A stretch of DNA of 64,000 bases from Vicugna vicugna (lineage: Eukaryota): the NCBI GenBank assembly GCA_013265495.1, contig MU058153.1, positions 746,001 to 810,000 of the forward strand. Direction: 5' to 3'. The notes beneath the pieces were generated by a model. The model did not search any database and was not told the DNA's origin. It was given only the letters and a program-made list of their open reading frames with translations. The position numbers and the translations under genes were made by a program. Of this stretch, positions 25,270 to 38,217 are shown piece after piece. Each line of letters opens with the position of its first letter. Position 1 is the stretch's first letter.

Positions 25270-25545
25270 CTTCAGCAGCGGAAATTTCAGATTGTTCCTA
25301 GCGCTGGTGGTAGCATCCAAGGTGGATGAAGAGCTACCATATCAGCAGCAGTTCCGGTGTCCAGAGGCAGCACCAGCTGAGCATTGTTTGAGATCCCAGT
25401 CTTCCCTTCATTTCTGCTAATTTTCAAGGCTTTCTTTCAGTCTTCTGTTGATTCTGCCTGTTCCTTCATATCCTCCCAATAAATTCCTTTCCTGCTTAAG
25501 TTAACCAGTATTTGTTTCCATTGACTGCATTAAAAAGACTTTTAT
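25270..25545 (+). mobile_element. ERVL LTR 3' part
   Basis: 'cccaataaattcctttcctgcttaagttaaccagtatttgtttccattgactgca' is a typical ERVL R/U5 end. Confidence 0.6.
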
Positions 25546-26214
25546 GTTTGTCCAAAGGACCCAAAGATACCAGGTCCAAATTTATCTTTCTCCTTTAAAA
25601 CTCAGAGAAAAGGATGCTTCCACCACCTTTTTGAAGGTAAAATTTTCTATTTTTGAAATTTGTGTTTTTTTCTATTTTATTTTATTTTCTATTTATTTTA
25701 TTTATGGTCTTATTTTGGTCAGTTTTTCATAGCTAAAAGGGAAAATTCACCATTTTAAATGAAACTAGCATTCCCAAACGCACTCCCACAAGAGTTCTTT
25801 ATTTCAGTACTTGAGCTCTGTTAAGCATAGTTGAGTTAAATCTGAAGGAGGTGAGATTCAACATGGATTTTAAGGGTGATTCAACATGAAAGTCCTCACA
25901 GGAGACACAAGACTCACACTTCTGAAAGTCATGACGCCTGCCTGGTGGCACCTTACTCCTCTAATCTGCATATGCAAAGAGCCTATAATGACTTGTAAAT
26001 TCTAGGTATTAGCCCAGTCTCTTGAGATCTTAGAGAGGGCCATTAGTGGCATGAAATTTGGGGAATCCTCCAAAAGGTCACCAAGCAGAACACCAAGGCC
26101 AAAGTGTTTTATCCCCTAAGTGATTAAGACGAAGTTCTTACCTAGTAGGATTACCTTCATTTTACACAAACCCTCCCCATGTCTTACCTGAGTGCAGTGA
26201 ACTCCTCTTTATGT

Positions 26215-26430
26215 CTTCCTCCAGAAATAATTTAACTGTGAGTAGCACCTCCACTCGCAAGCTATGTGACCTTAGGGTAGTTACTCAGTCTCTTTGCATC
26301 TCTTTTTTCTGTCTGCAAAACTTGGATAATTATAGTAGCTATTTTATACATTAGAAAGGGGGATTAAAATGATTTAATTCATACATTGTACTTATACTGC
26401 TGGACCTAATGAATGCTCCATAAAGGTTAC
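26215..26430 (+). mobile_element. MIR SINE
   Basis: 'gctatgtgaccttagggtagttactcagtctctttgcatctc...ctgcaaaacttggataattatagt'. Confidence 0.75.
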
Positions 26431-26480
26431 TGAAAAGATACATGAGTGTGACAAGCAAATAACAACCAGAAAATATAATA

Positions 26481-26532
26481 AAGCAGAAAAACAATGCAGA
26501 AAATGCAGAAAACAAATGCAGAAAAACAAAAA
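26481..26532. repeat. Short degenerate minisatellite, four copies of (aat)gcagaaaa(ac)
   Basis: aagcagaaaaacaatgcagaaaatgcagaaaacaaatgcagaaaaac. Confidence 0.8.
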
Positions 26533-28310
26533 TGGAGGCAAAGAAGAGACACGGACAAAGATAACAACATTAACAAGCCAGATAACCGAATGATTTCCTT
26601 GAGTTAACCACCTATTGTATTGACTACAAAATTCCCAGTGTCAATTATAAGTAAACAAACGAACAAAAAGAAGGAAGCACAGAACACATACGTGGAAGCA
26701 GCAAAACTGTTTTTTTTTTTTTTTTTGTATGAAGGTGAGACAGGGCTTTCTTTCGGAAGGCTTCATAAGTAGGATGCTGTATGATGCAATGAACGGTGTC
26801 CTTGGCAATACCCTTACAATGAGTGATGAGTTCCACAGGGCTGTTTATTTTTTTAACAACCCTCAAACTAGGTCAGTGGCATCACCATGAAGTTTGCTTC
26901 ACTAAAAAGACAGCATCCTGCTACATACGAAGTGGAGGAGGTTCTGGATATGGAAGAGAAGAAGAACTGAAAGTAGGGGACTGATTTGCCTCCTCAGAGG
27001 AGAGGGAAGCTACCTCAGTGGTCAGTGGCCATCAGACCGGAAAAGGTGAAACTGAGTTTATCAGTTGAAAGGTAAATAAACTGGTCATGATAACAGAACA
27101 TGTGAAGATTATAGGACACATTCAGCGTGACTGGTAGAGAAAGGAATGGACACTGGCCAAAATCTAAATAAAAGACGTTCAATTCCCAGCTCTTGACTCC
27201 TGTAGGAAAGGAGCAAGGCACGAATTCTGCACTGCTGTCTTGGACATTGGTTCCCACCTCCCTGCTTTCCACTTGAGACTACAGGGCTTTCGATTGCTTC
27301 GAGTTCAATCTGCAGCATGCTGGATGTCTGACAGCTTTTGGGGGCTGAGGAAGCCGTCAAAATAAATTGCCTTCATAATGCAAGAGGGAAGCCAAGCTCT
27401 GCATCCCTCTCGATAGAGCAAATGTGCACACTCAGCTAGAAAAACAGCACTGTGATTCAGCAGCCCGCTGGATTAAGGAGATATATTGGCCAAGGGTGAA
27501 TTTCCAAGGACGTGCGTTCAGAATTTCATTGCAGTTCCTTGGGTTTTGCATATAAGTCAGTTTCATTTTCCCGGGGCAGTGCTTTTATGATGTGCATATC
27601 TGCATTTAGGAAAGGAATGAGCCATTCTGGTGGTAGTAATTTTTAGAATTATTGCCGAAATTGTTTCTTCCTTATCTTGGGTCAATCACCTTTAACATTT
27701 AAATGCTGACCTTTTGCCTATTAGAGTTTAGCTGTTATCGATATCTCTCACTAGTAAAATGGGCTTTTGTGATCCATGGAGTATTTAAATCCCCGTTTTT
27801 ATCTTAAATTCTAGCACTCTTAGAATGAAAGTAAAACAGCTAACGTGACTTTTACTTTAACTCCTAATTAATAAAGAGATTTCCTTCTCCTTTTGAAATA
27901 TTTCTTTTGGGCCGTTTTGTTCATTTTTTTCAATAATAATGATTACAGAAGGGAGGCAAAAGGCTTGGTTTGTACTTTTCACTGATTTAATGTCACAGCA
28001 AGATAATGTCTCTGACTTTATGTCCTACTAAGTATTTTCATTAGAAAATGCAATATCATTATGTTAAAGGAAACAAAAGTAATGACAACACAATGCTTAC
28101 CCTACCAAACTTAGAAAGCAATGTCCTTTTCACAGGCTACGTTTAGTTTGCATGCATAAATTTGCATAATTCCAATTATGGTATACAGACTAATATTTGC
28201 ATTCTATTATTTTCACTCAATAGTATATCATAAAATATCTATGATTTTACTTAGATATCATCATTGCCATGTTAAAGCCTGCCTAGTATTTTGTTGTATG
28301 ACGCCTAATA

Positions 28311-28808
28311 TTGTATTGTTCAACATTGTATCGGTAAACTTTTCCAAAACTAAGTGGCTTAAAATAAAACCATCTGTTTCGTTCTCAGAACTGTGGGTCA
28401 GCAATTTGAGTGGGGCTGAGCTGCATAGTTCTTTTGGTCTCAGCTGGGCTCTGTCTTGTGGCAGCTGCAGGTCCGCTAGATGACTTTGCTTTGGGAACCT
28501 GGCTTGTTTGCAGCTAGAGCAGTAAGGATGCCTGGACCACAAGATTTTTCATTCTCCAGCACACTGACCATCAGCATGCTCACATGGTGGCTGTCAGGGT
28601 CCCAAAAGGGAACACTAAGAGCTTAGGTTAGAACTGGACAAACTCATTTTCATGGTTTTCCCTTGGCCAAAGCCAAGCCTGTGGCCAACCCAGATCCCAG
28701 TGGTGAGAAAGTAAGTACGACTCCACTTCTTGATGTCAGAGCCTCAATGTCACATTACAAAGGGCATGACTACAGAGAGGGATAGAAACTCGTAGGCATC
28801 TTGCAATA
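28311..28808 (-). mobile_element. MLT1 MaLR LTR inserted in an old L1ME-like fragment
   Basis: 'ccaaaactaagtggcttaaaataaaaccatc...tgtgggtcagcaatttg...ttggccaaagc...actccacttcttgatg...tcacattacaaagggcatg'. Confidence 0.8.
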
Positions 28809-29369
28809 TTAAATGTTTTGATTATAATTAACATTTCAGTGATCTTCACTGTACTTATAGCTTTTGTTTGTTTCTACTGAATAATGTCAATAACATAAAA
28901 AAAAAAGGATAAATTCTTGGGACTGGAATAGTAAAGGAGAGGTAAGAATGTCATTATGATAGTATCAAGTTGATAGAGAGGTTTGAGTCATTTTTATCAG
29001 TTTCAGTAACTGTTAATGTTCTCACTTTCTGTAGTCTCCCCCTCCACCTCTATCCCATTCAGCCCTTTCTCCAAAATCAGTACACAGTAGTGCTATTGGA
29101 ACTCGATAATATTAGCTATTATTATTATTACTGTTTTTATTATGACAACTTATTATATTTTGCTTTTTATCACCAGCCTTGATGCAGCTGTGCCACCTTC
29201 AGTCGCTCTTTCTCTGCTTTAGGGTCGATTGATTATCACAGTTTATTCATTAAGATATTATTGTTATATTAATGGATACAGATTTAGATATCAGCCATTT
29301 ACTGTTTCATTTCTGTGTGACTGCCCTTTGTTATATTCTGTTTATACTAACTTAGTTCTGGAACTTGGC

Positions 29370-29510
29370 AAGCTAGGTGTTTTATAATCCCAGTTTTACA
29401 GCTGAAGAACCTGAAGTTTAGAAAGATTTAGTAGCTTGCTCAGAATCACACAGGGTTCTGGTAGAGCTGGGATTTGAGTCAGGTTTATTTGAATCCAAAG
29501 CCTATAGTCA
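29370..29510 (-). mobile_element. MIR SINE
   Basis: 'ttataatcccagttttacagctgaagaacctgaagtttaga...gagctgggatttga'. Confidence 0.8.
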
Positions 29511-31389
29511 TAAATATTCTGTGTTTATCTTTCTTCTTAACGATATATATTTATATACATACCCATTTAAATCTAATACAGTGACCGGGCACATAGCAGG
29601 AGCTAAATAAATAGGGACGGGGTGATCCTAAAGGGAAACAGATGAAACTTCAGGTTTAGAAGCAAAACTCTTGCCCAGGATACAGGCAAACAGCATCAGT
29701 AACATCTTCCAGAAAAAGGAGACAAGGATTCAATGAATAGATTGTGATTCAGGAACACAGCTCACATCACCGGAAAGGAGACTGACAAAGACAGGGGTTG
29801 GCCATGGGCTGGAAGACCTGGGTGACTAGGCAGAAAATTCAGATTAGAACTTAGAAATGGAAGCCAAGGTAGATCTTGGCTATTGGGTCTTGAACACATA
29901 CATTGTCTAAACCATAAAACAATGGTCAAAATCCAGCATGAGATGGATGGTTAAAGGGAGACTGGTCTCAGTAAACCTTGCTGCTGCTTCCAATGGGCCG
30001 CAAACCTGGGGAGAGGCTCAGCTCAGCCTTCTTCGTAGAGAGGAAGATTACAGCTAAGGTATCCGAGCTAGTTACCTGGTATATAAGATGAGTTTTAATT
30101 TTTTCTTCCTCATTGTCTAGTGACTAATCATTTCACGTTGAAACCACCAGCAGATTTCTAAAGATGAGAAACATCTCCTTTTGGAATTGCTGAGTGGCTT
30201 CCAGAAATGGTCTCTGCCTGTGGTATAGTTTAGACAAAACCATTATCCCTCCAGACCATGCAGTATTGACAGAACACATGCTGCTTAATGTAAACTCACC
30301 GCCCTGTGCTGGGCAGACATGATTAGGCTGTCATCTTCCCCAACGGCAGCAGCAGGAGAAAAATAAATAAGTAAAATCATCTTATTCATATTTATTAGGG
30401 GGCTTCGCAGTGAGCCTGATGCCCTGATGTAATTGACATTTTTGCTTGTGTTCTTGACTCATGAGCTGAGGACCAGTTTAAATGAATCCATTCACAATCT
30501 ACAAAAAAAAAAAAAAGTCTGACTTTTGTAAGGTAGTATCATGCCAATGTTCCTTTTTTCTTAGAGCTTCACCAAATGCACATATTTGTTAATTCTGAAA
30601 TTGGTACATGATTAGGTGTTTGTAAAATTTAAAAATGTAATAATATGACTCAACCTATAGACAGATAAAGCCTTCAGAATATTTACCTTTTAGTTCTGGG
30701 TTTGTGTTGTATAACTGAACATACACTAATTTATACTTGCAGTCATACACAGACACGCATTGCAAAACATATGCATATGTGTCCATGCACACCTGTGTTT
30801 TTCTGACCACCTCAGTGGAAACCAGAGTGCAGAGAGAACTCATCACAATCTTAAGTAAGCTGAATGTACTCTGGCTGCCTTTAAATTTGTGCTTTAGAAA
30901 AATCTGTGCCTATGCATTATTTCTTGGGTATGACCATTACAAAAAAGACTTCCAAAAGATGCATGTGATAATGTGCAAGAGGCAGGAAGGAGAGAGAACG
31001 TAAGTGAAACTATAAAATTACATTCGGTTCCTCGTCATTCCGGAGAGAAATGGACATAACATTTGTTTAGAAGATTTTATAGGCAAGAAAAGAGCTTGCT
31101 CTATGTCCATCAACTTGATTCAAAACCATTACTCTAACTCCTCTGATTTAATTATAGAATACAGAATTATAGAATCTCAAGGAAAGAGATTAAAGTCTGT
31201 CAGCTTTCTGCAAACAAACCCAGACTTCCTTGCTCACCTGAGAGGTAGCTTGTAAGGCAAGGGAAGAACACATTCCCCTAGTTCATCCAGGTCTCAGCCT
31301 TCCTGTCTGGCGCGGGTCAGGAGGTGCAATTTCTGCCAAAGTGTCTGCTCTCCAGGAGATGCTGAGATTCTAAACCGGCTAGAAAGACT

Positions 31390-31520
31390 CAACTTGTTTC
31401 CGTCATTGAGCAATCAGTGTCAGGATGTGAAGAACTTACGTCATCAGAGGCAGAGGTGACACACGACATCTTGATATCTCAGCTTGCCAAAGAGTCAGCG
31501 GGACCGTGACAGCTCCTGGC
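31390..31520. promoter_or_regulatory. Candidate enhancer core (C/EBP-like and CRE/ATF-like sites)
   Basis: ATTGAGCAAT at 31405-31414, TTACGTCAT at 31436-31444, retained CpGs, non-repeat context. Confidence 0.35.
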
Positions 31521-32384
31521 TTTTGGCATCCTGGGTTCTTCTACTTCCCAAATAGTCAATGCAGCAAATTAACCTTGCCCGATGAGCTTTTGCTTATATC
31601 TGTAAGCGTCGTTGGGCGTAAAAGAGGTAATAAGCAAAGTATGTCTAAGACTTTTATCATCATCTCTCAACTTGTTTGTTACCAAACCTCTCCTGCTAGA
31701 GAAACCTTGTACCATGAAATATCTTGTGTCTAATGCCTGATGGGATAACCTTGAATTTGGGTAGATTTCTAGAGTCTGTGATGGATAGAGCATTTTTCTG
31801 TAACACTGATCATGACTCAGCCTCCACAAGGGTACTGATGAGCTTTGTGCTTGTACCGACATCAGATATGCAAAGTCCACACAAGGAAAGGCTGCTTTTA
31901 CTAGTGCTTCTAAATTAAGGTTGTGTACATTCCACAGGTGCTCTGTAGCCACTGTAAGTCCTTCAGTTCCAAGCACAATGGAGCAACCTTTCTGAAATTT
32001 AATGTCTCAAACTTTAAAGAAGATACGGAGACTCTGGACTTTCATCCCTTCGTTCTCCACGATTTTAATGACTCAGACACCTGCTGTATTTTTATTGCCT
32101 TCTTTTTCCTTCTTCTTTGACAAATATGGAAAATCCCAATTAGATCTGAATAGGATAAAGTAAAAGCTAGAGGAGATTTAACAATCGGTATTTTATCCAG
32201 AGGAAGTGGAAGTGCAGAGAGAGTGAGGGTTACGAATTTCGATGTGTTGACAGAAAGCAGCATTGATAACTTCCTCCCCAGGCTGGACACACTGCTGTGT
32301 GCATCTAAATTTCGTAATTCACTGGCCTCTCAAAACAACATTATGAACAGTTAATGATTAGCTTTATTACCTAGAGCTTCAAGG

Positions 32385-32612
32385 AGGCAGAATGGACGTG
32401 CTGTGAAGAGTATGTAACGGCTTCAGAAATAGCTTGCCTGCTCCAATCGTGATGCCACCTCTTACTAGTGGTGTGACATTGGACAAGTCACTTAAATTCT
32501 CAACCCCTCAATCTCTTCATTTATTGAATGTGGGTAATAATAACACCTTTCTCCTATATTGGTGATGAGAATTATATGAGATGAAACATAAACATATGGG
32601 TATTATGCCTAG
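32385..32612 (+). mobile_element. MIR SINE
   Basis: 'cttactagtggtgtgacattggacaagtcacttaaattctc...ctcaatctcttcatttattgaatgtgggtaataata'. Confidence 0.8.
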
Positions 32613-32801
32613 CACGGTTGTTCTCAAAGTGGTCCCCAGACCATTAGCATCTGCATCTCCGAGAACTTTTTAGAAATGCACATCCTTGGATCCCAGCAAG
32701 GGCAAACTGAATCAGAAAGCTGGAGGGGTTAGTCTCCTTGATACGTATTTTAACAAGATTTCCAGGTTCTTCTGATACTTGCTAATATTTTAAAACCACT
32801 G
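32613..32801. mobile_element. MER5A hAT-Charlie element
   Basis: 'gttctcaaagtggtccccagaccattagcatc...tagaaatgca...actgaatcagaa...ttttaacaag...aaaaccactgg'. Confidence 0.85.
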
Positions 32802-33119
32802 GAATAGAACATTTGTAAGTACACAAATACTAAGGAAAAAGAAAGAAACCCCTTCTGACCTAGTATATTCAGTATGGAACCCTTCCCAACATTTGGATTA
32901 ACATCAAGTGGTGAATAGTCAAGAAGAGCTGAAATATTGACATTCAGCCCCATAAAAAGATATTTTAAATAATGGGGTGATAAAACTTGCAAAAAGTAAC
33001 AATGAAAAGTTTTGAGCACAGCATTATGAACTTAGAAGGCTGCAGGTGCTCACCACACGTGGACTCATTTAGTGCCCTCTGGTATATCAGTGATGGTAAC
33101 ACAGGTTAAAACTTAGCAC

Positions 33120-33330
33120 ATACCTCTAAGAGAATAGCTTAGGAGTCAAATTCCAGCTGTACCATTTCTCATCGCACTGATATTGGATAAGTTATTTACC
33201 TTCTCTTTGAGTTTGTTGACTCTTTTGTAAGATGGGAACAGTAATCATACACAAGTTTGTTGTGAGACTTCAATGTAAAGTGGAAATAGTAGTTCTCAAA
33301 AAATCCATTCTCACGAAATACTAGCTATTA
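33120..33330 (+). mobile_element. MIR SINE
   Basis: 'tcaaattccagctgtacca...ttggataagttatttaccttctct...tgtaagatgggaacagtaat'. Confidence 0.7.
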
Positions 33331-33344
33331 GGGTTTTTATGAAG

Positions 33345-33540
33345 CACACCTTTGGGCTCTATACGAGATCATTTAGCCCTCCCAGTAACCACACACAGTA
33401 AGCACTGTAATTACGGCCCTCATTTTATTGATAGGGAATCTGAGAATCAGAGATTGAAAAACAAGTCATTTCCCACTCAGCTGATATAAAGTGCTGGAGC
33501 TGGGATTCAAACTGGAAGATCTAATTCCAGAACTGTACAC
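33345..33540 (-). mobile_element. MIR SINE
   Basis: 'cctcattttattgatagggaatctgagaatcagaga...gagctgggattcaaac'. Confidence 0.75.
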
Positions 33541-36184
33541 TGAGATAAAGATAGGCAAATAGTTACGGGTATTTCTGACTTCCGCTGGAGCGATAAAGAA
33601 AATAAGTGGGTGGAGAAGAAACTTGAGAAAGATCAATTGTGAGGCTCTGGTCAAGGTTCTCCAGGAGGAGCAGACGGCATTGCTTTCCATCTTTGATACA
33701 TCCTGTTGTGGCAGAGGAAGAATTAGAGGCCATTATCGCAAAAATTGATCTTGAAGAACTAAGCCATGTTGGAGGAGAAAAGAAAGAACACCCTGAAAAG
33801 CTGAGGGAAGTATTCGCTTCCTCGTCATCCTTATTCTTAATGAGATGAATTAAAGAGGTTACCCTGGATTAGGTTTCAGAGAAGAGCTGCAGTGAGGACA
33901 AATCGTGCAGTGGGTTTTACAGGCTGTTTGATTCCTTTGGCAAATCCCCTTCCTTGGCCTCAGTCTTTCCTATCAATGAAATGTGGTGGTTGAACTGAAT
34001 GATTAATAAGATCTTGTCTAGTTCCATTATACACTTTTAAGATTTTTTTTTTATATCAGGATCAAGGTACAGTATAAAAGAGAAGATATTCTGAGACAGC
34101 AGAGAAGACTTGCCAATATTTTGAGCTTGTCACTCGATGAAATCATAGTTCAAAGTCCTTGAGATCTCCAATGTGTGACCCTGGGGCCAAAGCAATGTGG
34201 ATTTGCTTCGAGCTTTATTTCTGGCTTTGTTTCTGTTTCTGAATATAGCCTCTGTGATTTTTCCACAACATATATCTAAACCATCTCTATAATGACAATT
34301 TCTCCCAATTCATAATTATATAAGGTGCTTGATGTGTGATTATACAGACTTGCTTCAAAAAGAACAGAGTGAGGGAATGAAGTTATTTTTTGGTAGTTGA
34401 AATCCATCAGTAACCATTTTCCATTCTGAACCCCAGACTCACCATTTTCCAACATAATTAGTTTTCTCCAATCCCATAGTGAAGATGTACAAGGTAACTA
34501 CATGACTCAAGACAATATCCTTTCGTGAGGATGAGAAGGGGGTGACAGAGGAGGGAGGATGGTTCTAAGAAATATCACAGATTAATTATAAATTTAATTC
34601 CTATGATCAAAAACTGCTACATTATCCAAAAAAAAGGAGAGGGGTGAATTTTGTCAAAACAATTACTGTTGACAAGAAAGGGCTTTGAGGCCCATTTTCT
34701 GTATATAATCCTCACTAGTGTTTTCTGAATATAAGTTTGGTGATGAATGTGGATGTACTGATTTTTCCTAGCAACTTTTAGTTGTATTAGACATGTCTAT
34801 TCTATTCTATTCTATTCTGTTCATTCTAATACACTGTATCATGTAGTAAACACATTTTCTATCACTTTTGATAGGTTGTTAATTTTTGTAGAGCTCAGTC
34901 ATGGTAATGATTTGGGTCATTGTGGATACAAGAAAGGTTCATTTCACATTTAAAAATACATGTTTCTAGTGGAAATATTGAGAATCTTTTAAAATGAGCA
35001 CATATTCCGTCGAGAGTCAATAGTTCAGACAAAGGGTAAATCTTTGATAATTAGCAAGATACTAACGATTTTATGAAAATGCCGTTTTATTGCCTTCAGC
35101 TGCATATTATATACAATTTAATGGGCAGTAATAAATTTGACAAGTAAATATCCTAATGGGCTTACTATCTGGGACCTTCTTAAAGAATAAGTGTAATTGT
35201 GACTGAAGTGCCTCCTCAAATTCAGAGTTTCAGGAGAAAGATGAAAAAAAGAGAGAGATTTCTCTGATTTTTATATGAGATAATAGCACTAAGGACTAAG
35301 AATTTGGCTGGTAATCATAGTAAAGGCTTGTTTGTAGATTAAAAAGTAGGGCCAGCTCCCCAGCCCTTAATGATGATAAGGTTCTGTATGAGAGAATGGG
35401 TAAGTCGATTACAATTTGACTGTTTTCAAGCAAAGTGCAGACAAGTGCACAAATCCTACAAGACTTAAGTGAAAAATGAGTGTGCAGACATCTGCTTGTA
35501 TGTTCTGATGTTACGTGGCTTAGAGGCTGAGGTGGGGGGAGGGAACAGGCTTGGAGGATCCAGACACAATATAATGTACAGCATTTGCTGTGCTTGATAA
35601 GGACCGCTTGTAACTAGCCCATTAATGCTTATCAGGAAATGTTTTATTCTCACGGGTTATATTGAGCATTCGCCCTGAAATTATGTTTGTACTCTTAATT
35701 GGCTTAGAGAGCACTTTTTTTTTCCTCATCCCAATAAAGGTGAACTTAAGTTTCTTGATGACACAATCAAACCTTCTCATTTAAGTGGATTTCAAATAAA
35801 TAAAAGTGATATATTATTCTGTTTACTTATTCTATTCTTTTTCTTACTTCTGTTTTAGAAGTACAGCATAAATGCTCTCTAAAAAAAACATAAATGGCAT
35901 ATTTAAACTAGTATGATAACTTGTATTTCAAGATATATTGCTATAGCTAAATGTTCTAAAATGCTAAATTTTTACAGTTTTATAATAAAAACTGTTCAAG
36001 AATTTGTATCAAATATTACCAACTAAGTAACTGCATTGGAAGATGTTTACTAATATTATTCTCTGATATAATCATTACTTTCACTACAGAGATACAGAAA
36101 ATATTAAAAACAATATTTATAAACCAAATGGTGACTTTGTACACAAGCAGTGGACTCTGCACAGTAGATTGAGGTGAACGGATT

Positions 36185-36415
36185 GCAGTATAATAAGGCA
36201 TGTAACAGCATGGACTTGTGAATCGTGCAGCCCTGGACACCACCTCTTACTAGCCGGGCGACATTAAACAGTGTTCTTAACCTTTATGAGCCTCAGTCTT
36301 TTTCATAAATTTTTAGGAGGCTGAGGTAATCAACAGAAATCACGTGTATAAAATCCTTAGCACAGTGCCTCTTGCCAAATAGACACTTAATAATACATTT
36401 TAGCCATTATTATTA
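36185..36415 (+). mobile_element. MIR SINE
   Basis: 'cacctcttactagccgggcgac...cttaacctttatgagcctcagt...cttagcacagtgcct'. Confidence 0.75.
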
Positions 36416-36674
36416 TTAACCAGCACAACGTTATTTGGCAAGCTGCTGCCATGGCAATACTCCACTCCTCACCTCCGCATTTCTACCACACACACATAGA
36501 CACATACACACACACACACATTTAAAATAACAAGAATGGAGAAATACAATAAAGGAAAGGGTATGATAAAAGTAAGGAGAGAAAGTCCTGGACCAAGAAC
36601 TCAGGGTCCCTAGTTGATACTCAGGTTCTGTCACTGAGCTGTTGAGTCACACTGCATAAGACATTGTGTCTCTC

Positions 36675-37271
36675 TGTTAGAGGATGGAGGGACCCCTAAG
36701 TTAGGAGGCCCACCGTAGTGTGGATTCTTGCCACCCACTGTGAAAGAATTCGCACAATAGAGGCAGAGGGATGAAGTGAACAGCTGCTTCGTTGTTCAGA
36801 AGGGGCAAAGGAAAGAAAGCGCTCCAGCAAGGAGAAGGCAAGAAAAGCCCTCCAGCAAGGAAGGGGAGCCATCAGCCAAGATGGGCGATAGGGACGGTTC
36901 CGACCTCGGTCGGGCCATGTGGGCTTTTATGAGAGGCTTGTGCCATCATGTCCTCGTTCAGGTGTGATGGAGACAATCAGTCTTTGTTAGAGTTTTTCAG
37001 TCCTTGTATGGGCTTTCCCAGTGGTTGTCATGGCAATCGTCAACAGTCTTGGTGCTGGTGGGTATGTCACTTAGCATGTTAATACATTGTAATGAGCATA
37101 TAATGAGGCTCAAGGTCCACTGGAAGTCAGATCCTCCATCATCTTGGACTGGGTTCTAAGCAGTTCTTGCTTCTTTTTAGCAGATGCCTCCTGAGACTTA
37201 GAGAAGAGTAATTGGTTTCTATCTGAGAGAGGAGCAGGGATATGATCCTGTGGGCAACAGCCTTGGTAACA
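36675..37271 (-). mobile_element. Solo ERV1-like LTR
   Basis: TGTTA...TAACA termini; 'gtggattcttgccacccactgtgaaagaattc' and 'tagcatgttaatacattgtaatgagcatataatgag' are typical reverse ERV1 LTR motifs. Confidence 0.7.
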
Positions 37272-37571
37272 AAAAGCAAAGTTGCTTTTAATCAGAATGC
37301 TTGCAATCTAGCAGACCCAGCATCCCCCCCAAAAACCATCTCCAAAGATTCTGTTCAGCCATGAAAGTTTGAAAGGGAAGTGAAGGAATATTTTCAGTTA
37401 ATCCTTGAGATAGGGGGTCAAAGTCCTTGCCATCCCCCATGCCTGCAGGCAGGCTTGTCCTAGTCAACTGCTTGAGCCTGCTCTTCTGTGACTCAGGGAT
37501 GCCTGGGAGACTCCAGCTTTCCTATAAACAAGGGGCAGGGGTTGTGGTGGGGGTGACCCCAGATAGTCACA
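37272..37571 (-). mobile_element. Second, partial ERV LTR abutting the first
   Basis: 'agcaaagttgcttttaatcagaatgcttgcaatct...aaaccatctccaaagattctgttcagccatgaaagttt...cagctttcctataaacaaggggcagg'; ends CA. Confidence 0.55.
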
Positions 37572-38014
37572 AAAGAGGACAAGAAACCCAACAGTCATTC
37601 TTCCATCTGGTGCCTTTATAAAAGGAAAGATAAACTTTTTTTCTTTGTATTATTGTCGTTTCATGTTTAAAACCCTTTTGTCTTACTTCATCTTAATAGA
37701 TTTGTTCTGAACTGTGTCTTGTATTCTTATCCCCCTTCCCTGGCACAATCATTAGTTTTTGAAGTTGGACAGGCCATTTTTGCACAGGTCCCTCTGCAGT
37801 GAGAAGCTGTTCCTCGGTAAATTTCCAGCACTATCCCTCCTTGTGTAGAGAAACCACAGTAGCCCCTCAGTCTGGATTGATGCTTCAATTACCTGGATAA
37901 CTTATGTTCATCCTTTCTTGGTCTTCTCAAGTAAAGCTGTTGAGCCTCTGTGCCTTCACTGAAGGTAGTTCTTACTAACTTCCTTGGATTTATGACACCT
38001 TACTGCATTGATTT

Positions 38015-38215
38015 TAATTCAAGAAATATTTATTGAAAAGCTACTATATGTGCTAACCACCGAGAACAGAAACAAAGATAAATGAGACATAGTCTTTTGT
38101 TCCTAGAGAGCTTATAGTCTAGTGAGCAGACAGGAAGACAAACAGATAAATTAAACACAATAAATTGAGTCTATGGGTAGCAATGTAAGATATAATGGGA
38201 GCTGATAGAAAGGGC
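38015..38215 (-). mobile_element. L2 3' end
   Basis: 'attcaagaaatatttattgaaaagctactatatgtgcta...gagcttatagtctagtg'. Confidence 0.75.
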
Positions 38216-38217
38216 AT

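Noticed and set aside
31569..31976. 135-aa minus-strand ORF
   Set aside because: Non-ATG start, no homology I recognise, no convincing splice sites
33639..33848. ORF with a charged, helix-like stretch (EEELEAIIAKIDLEELS)
   Set aside because: GTG start, no flanking acceptor/donor pair and no recognised family; purine-rich composition explains it
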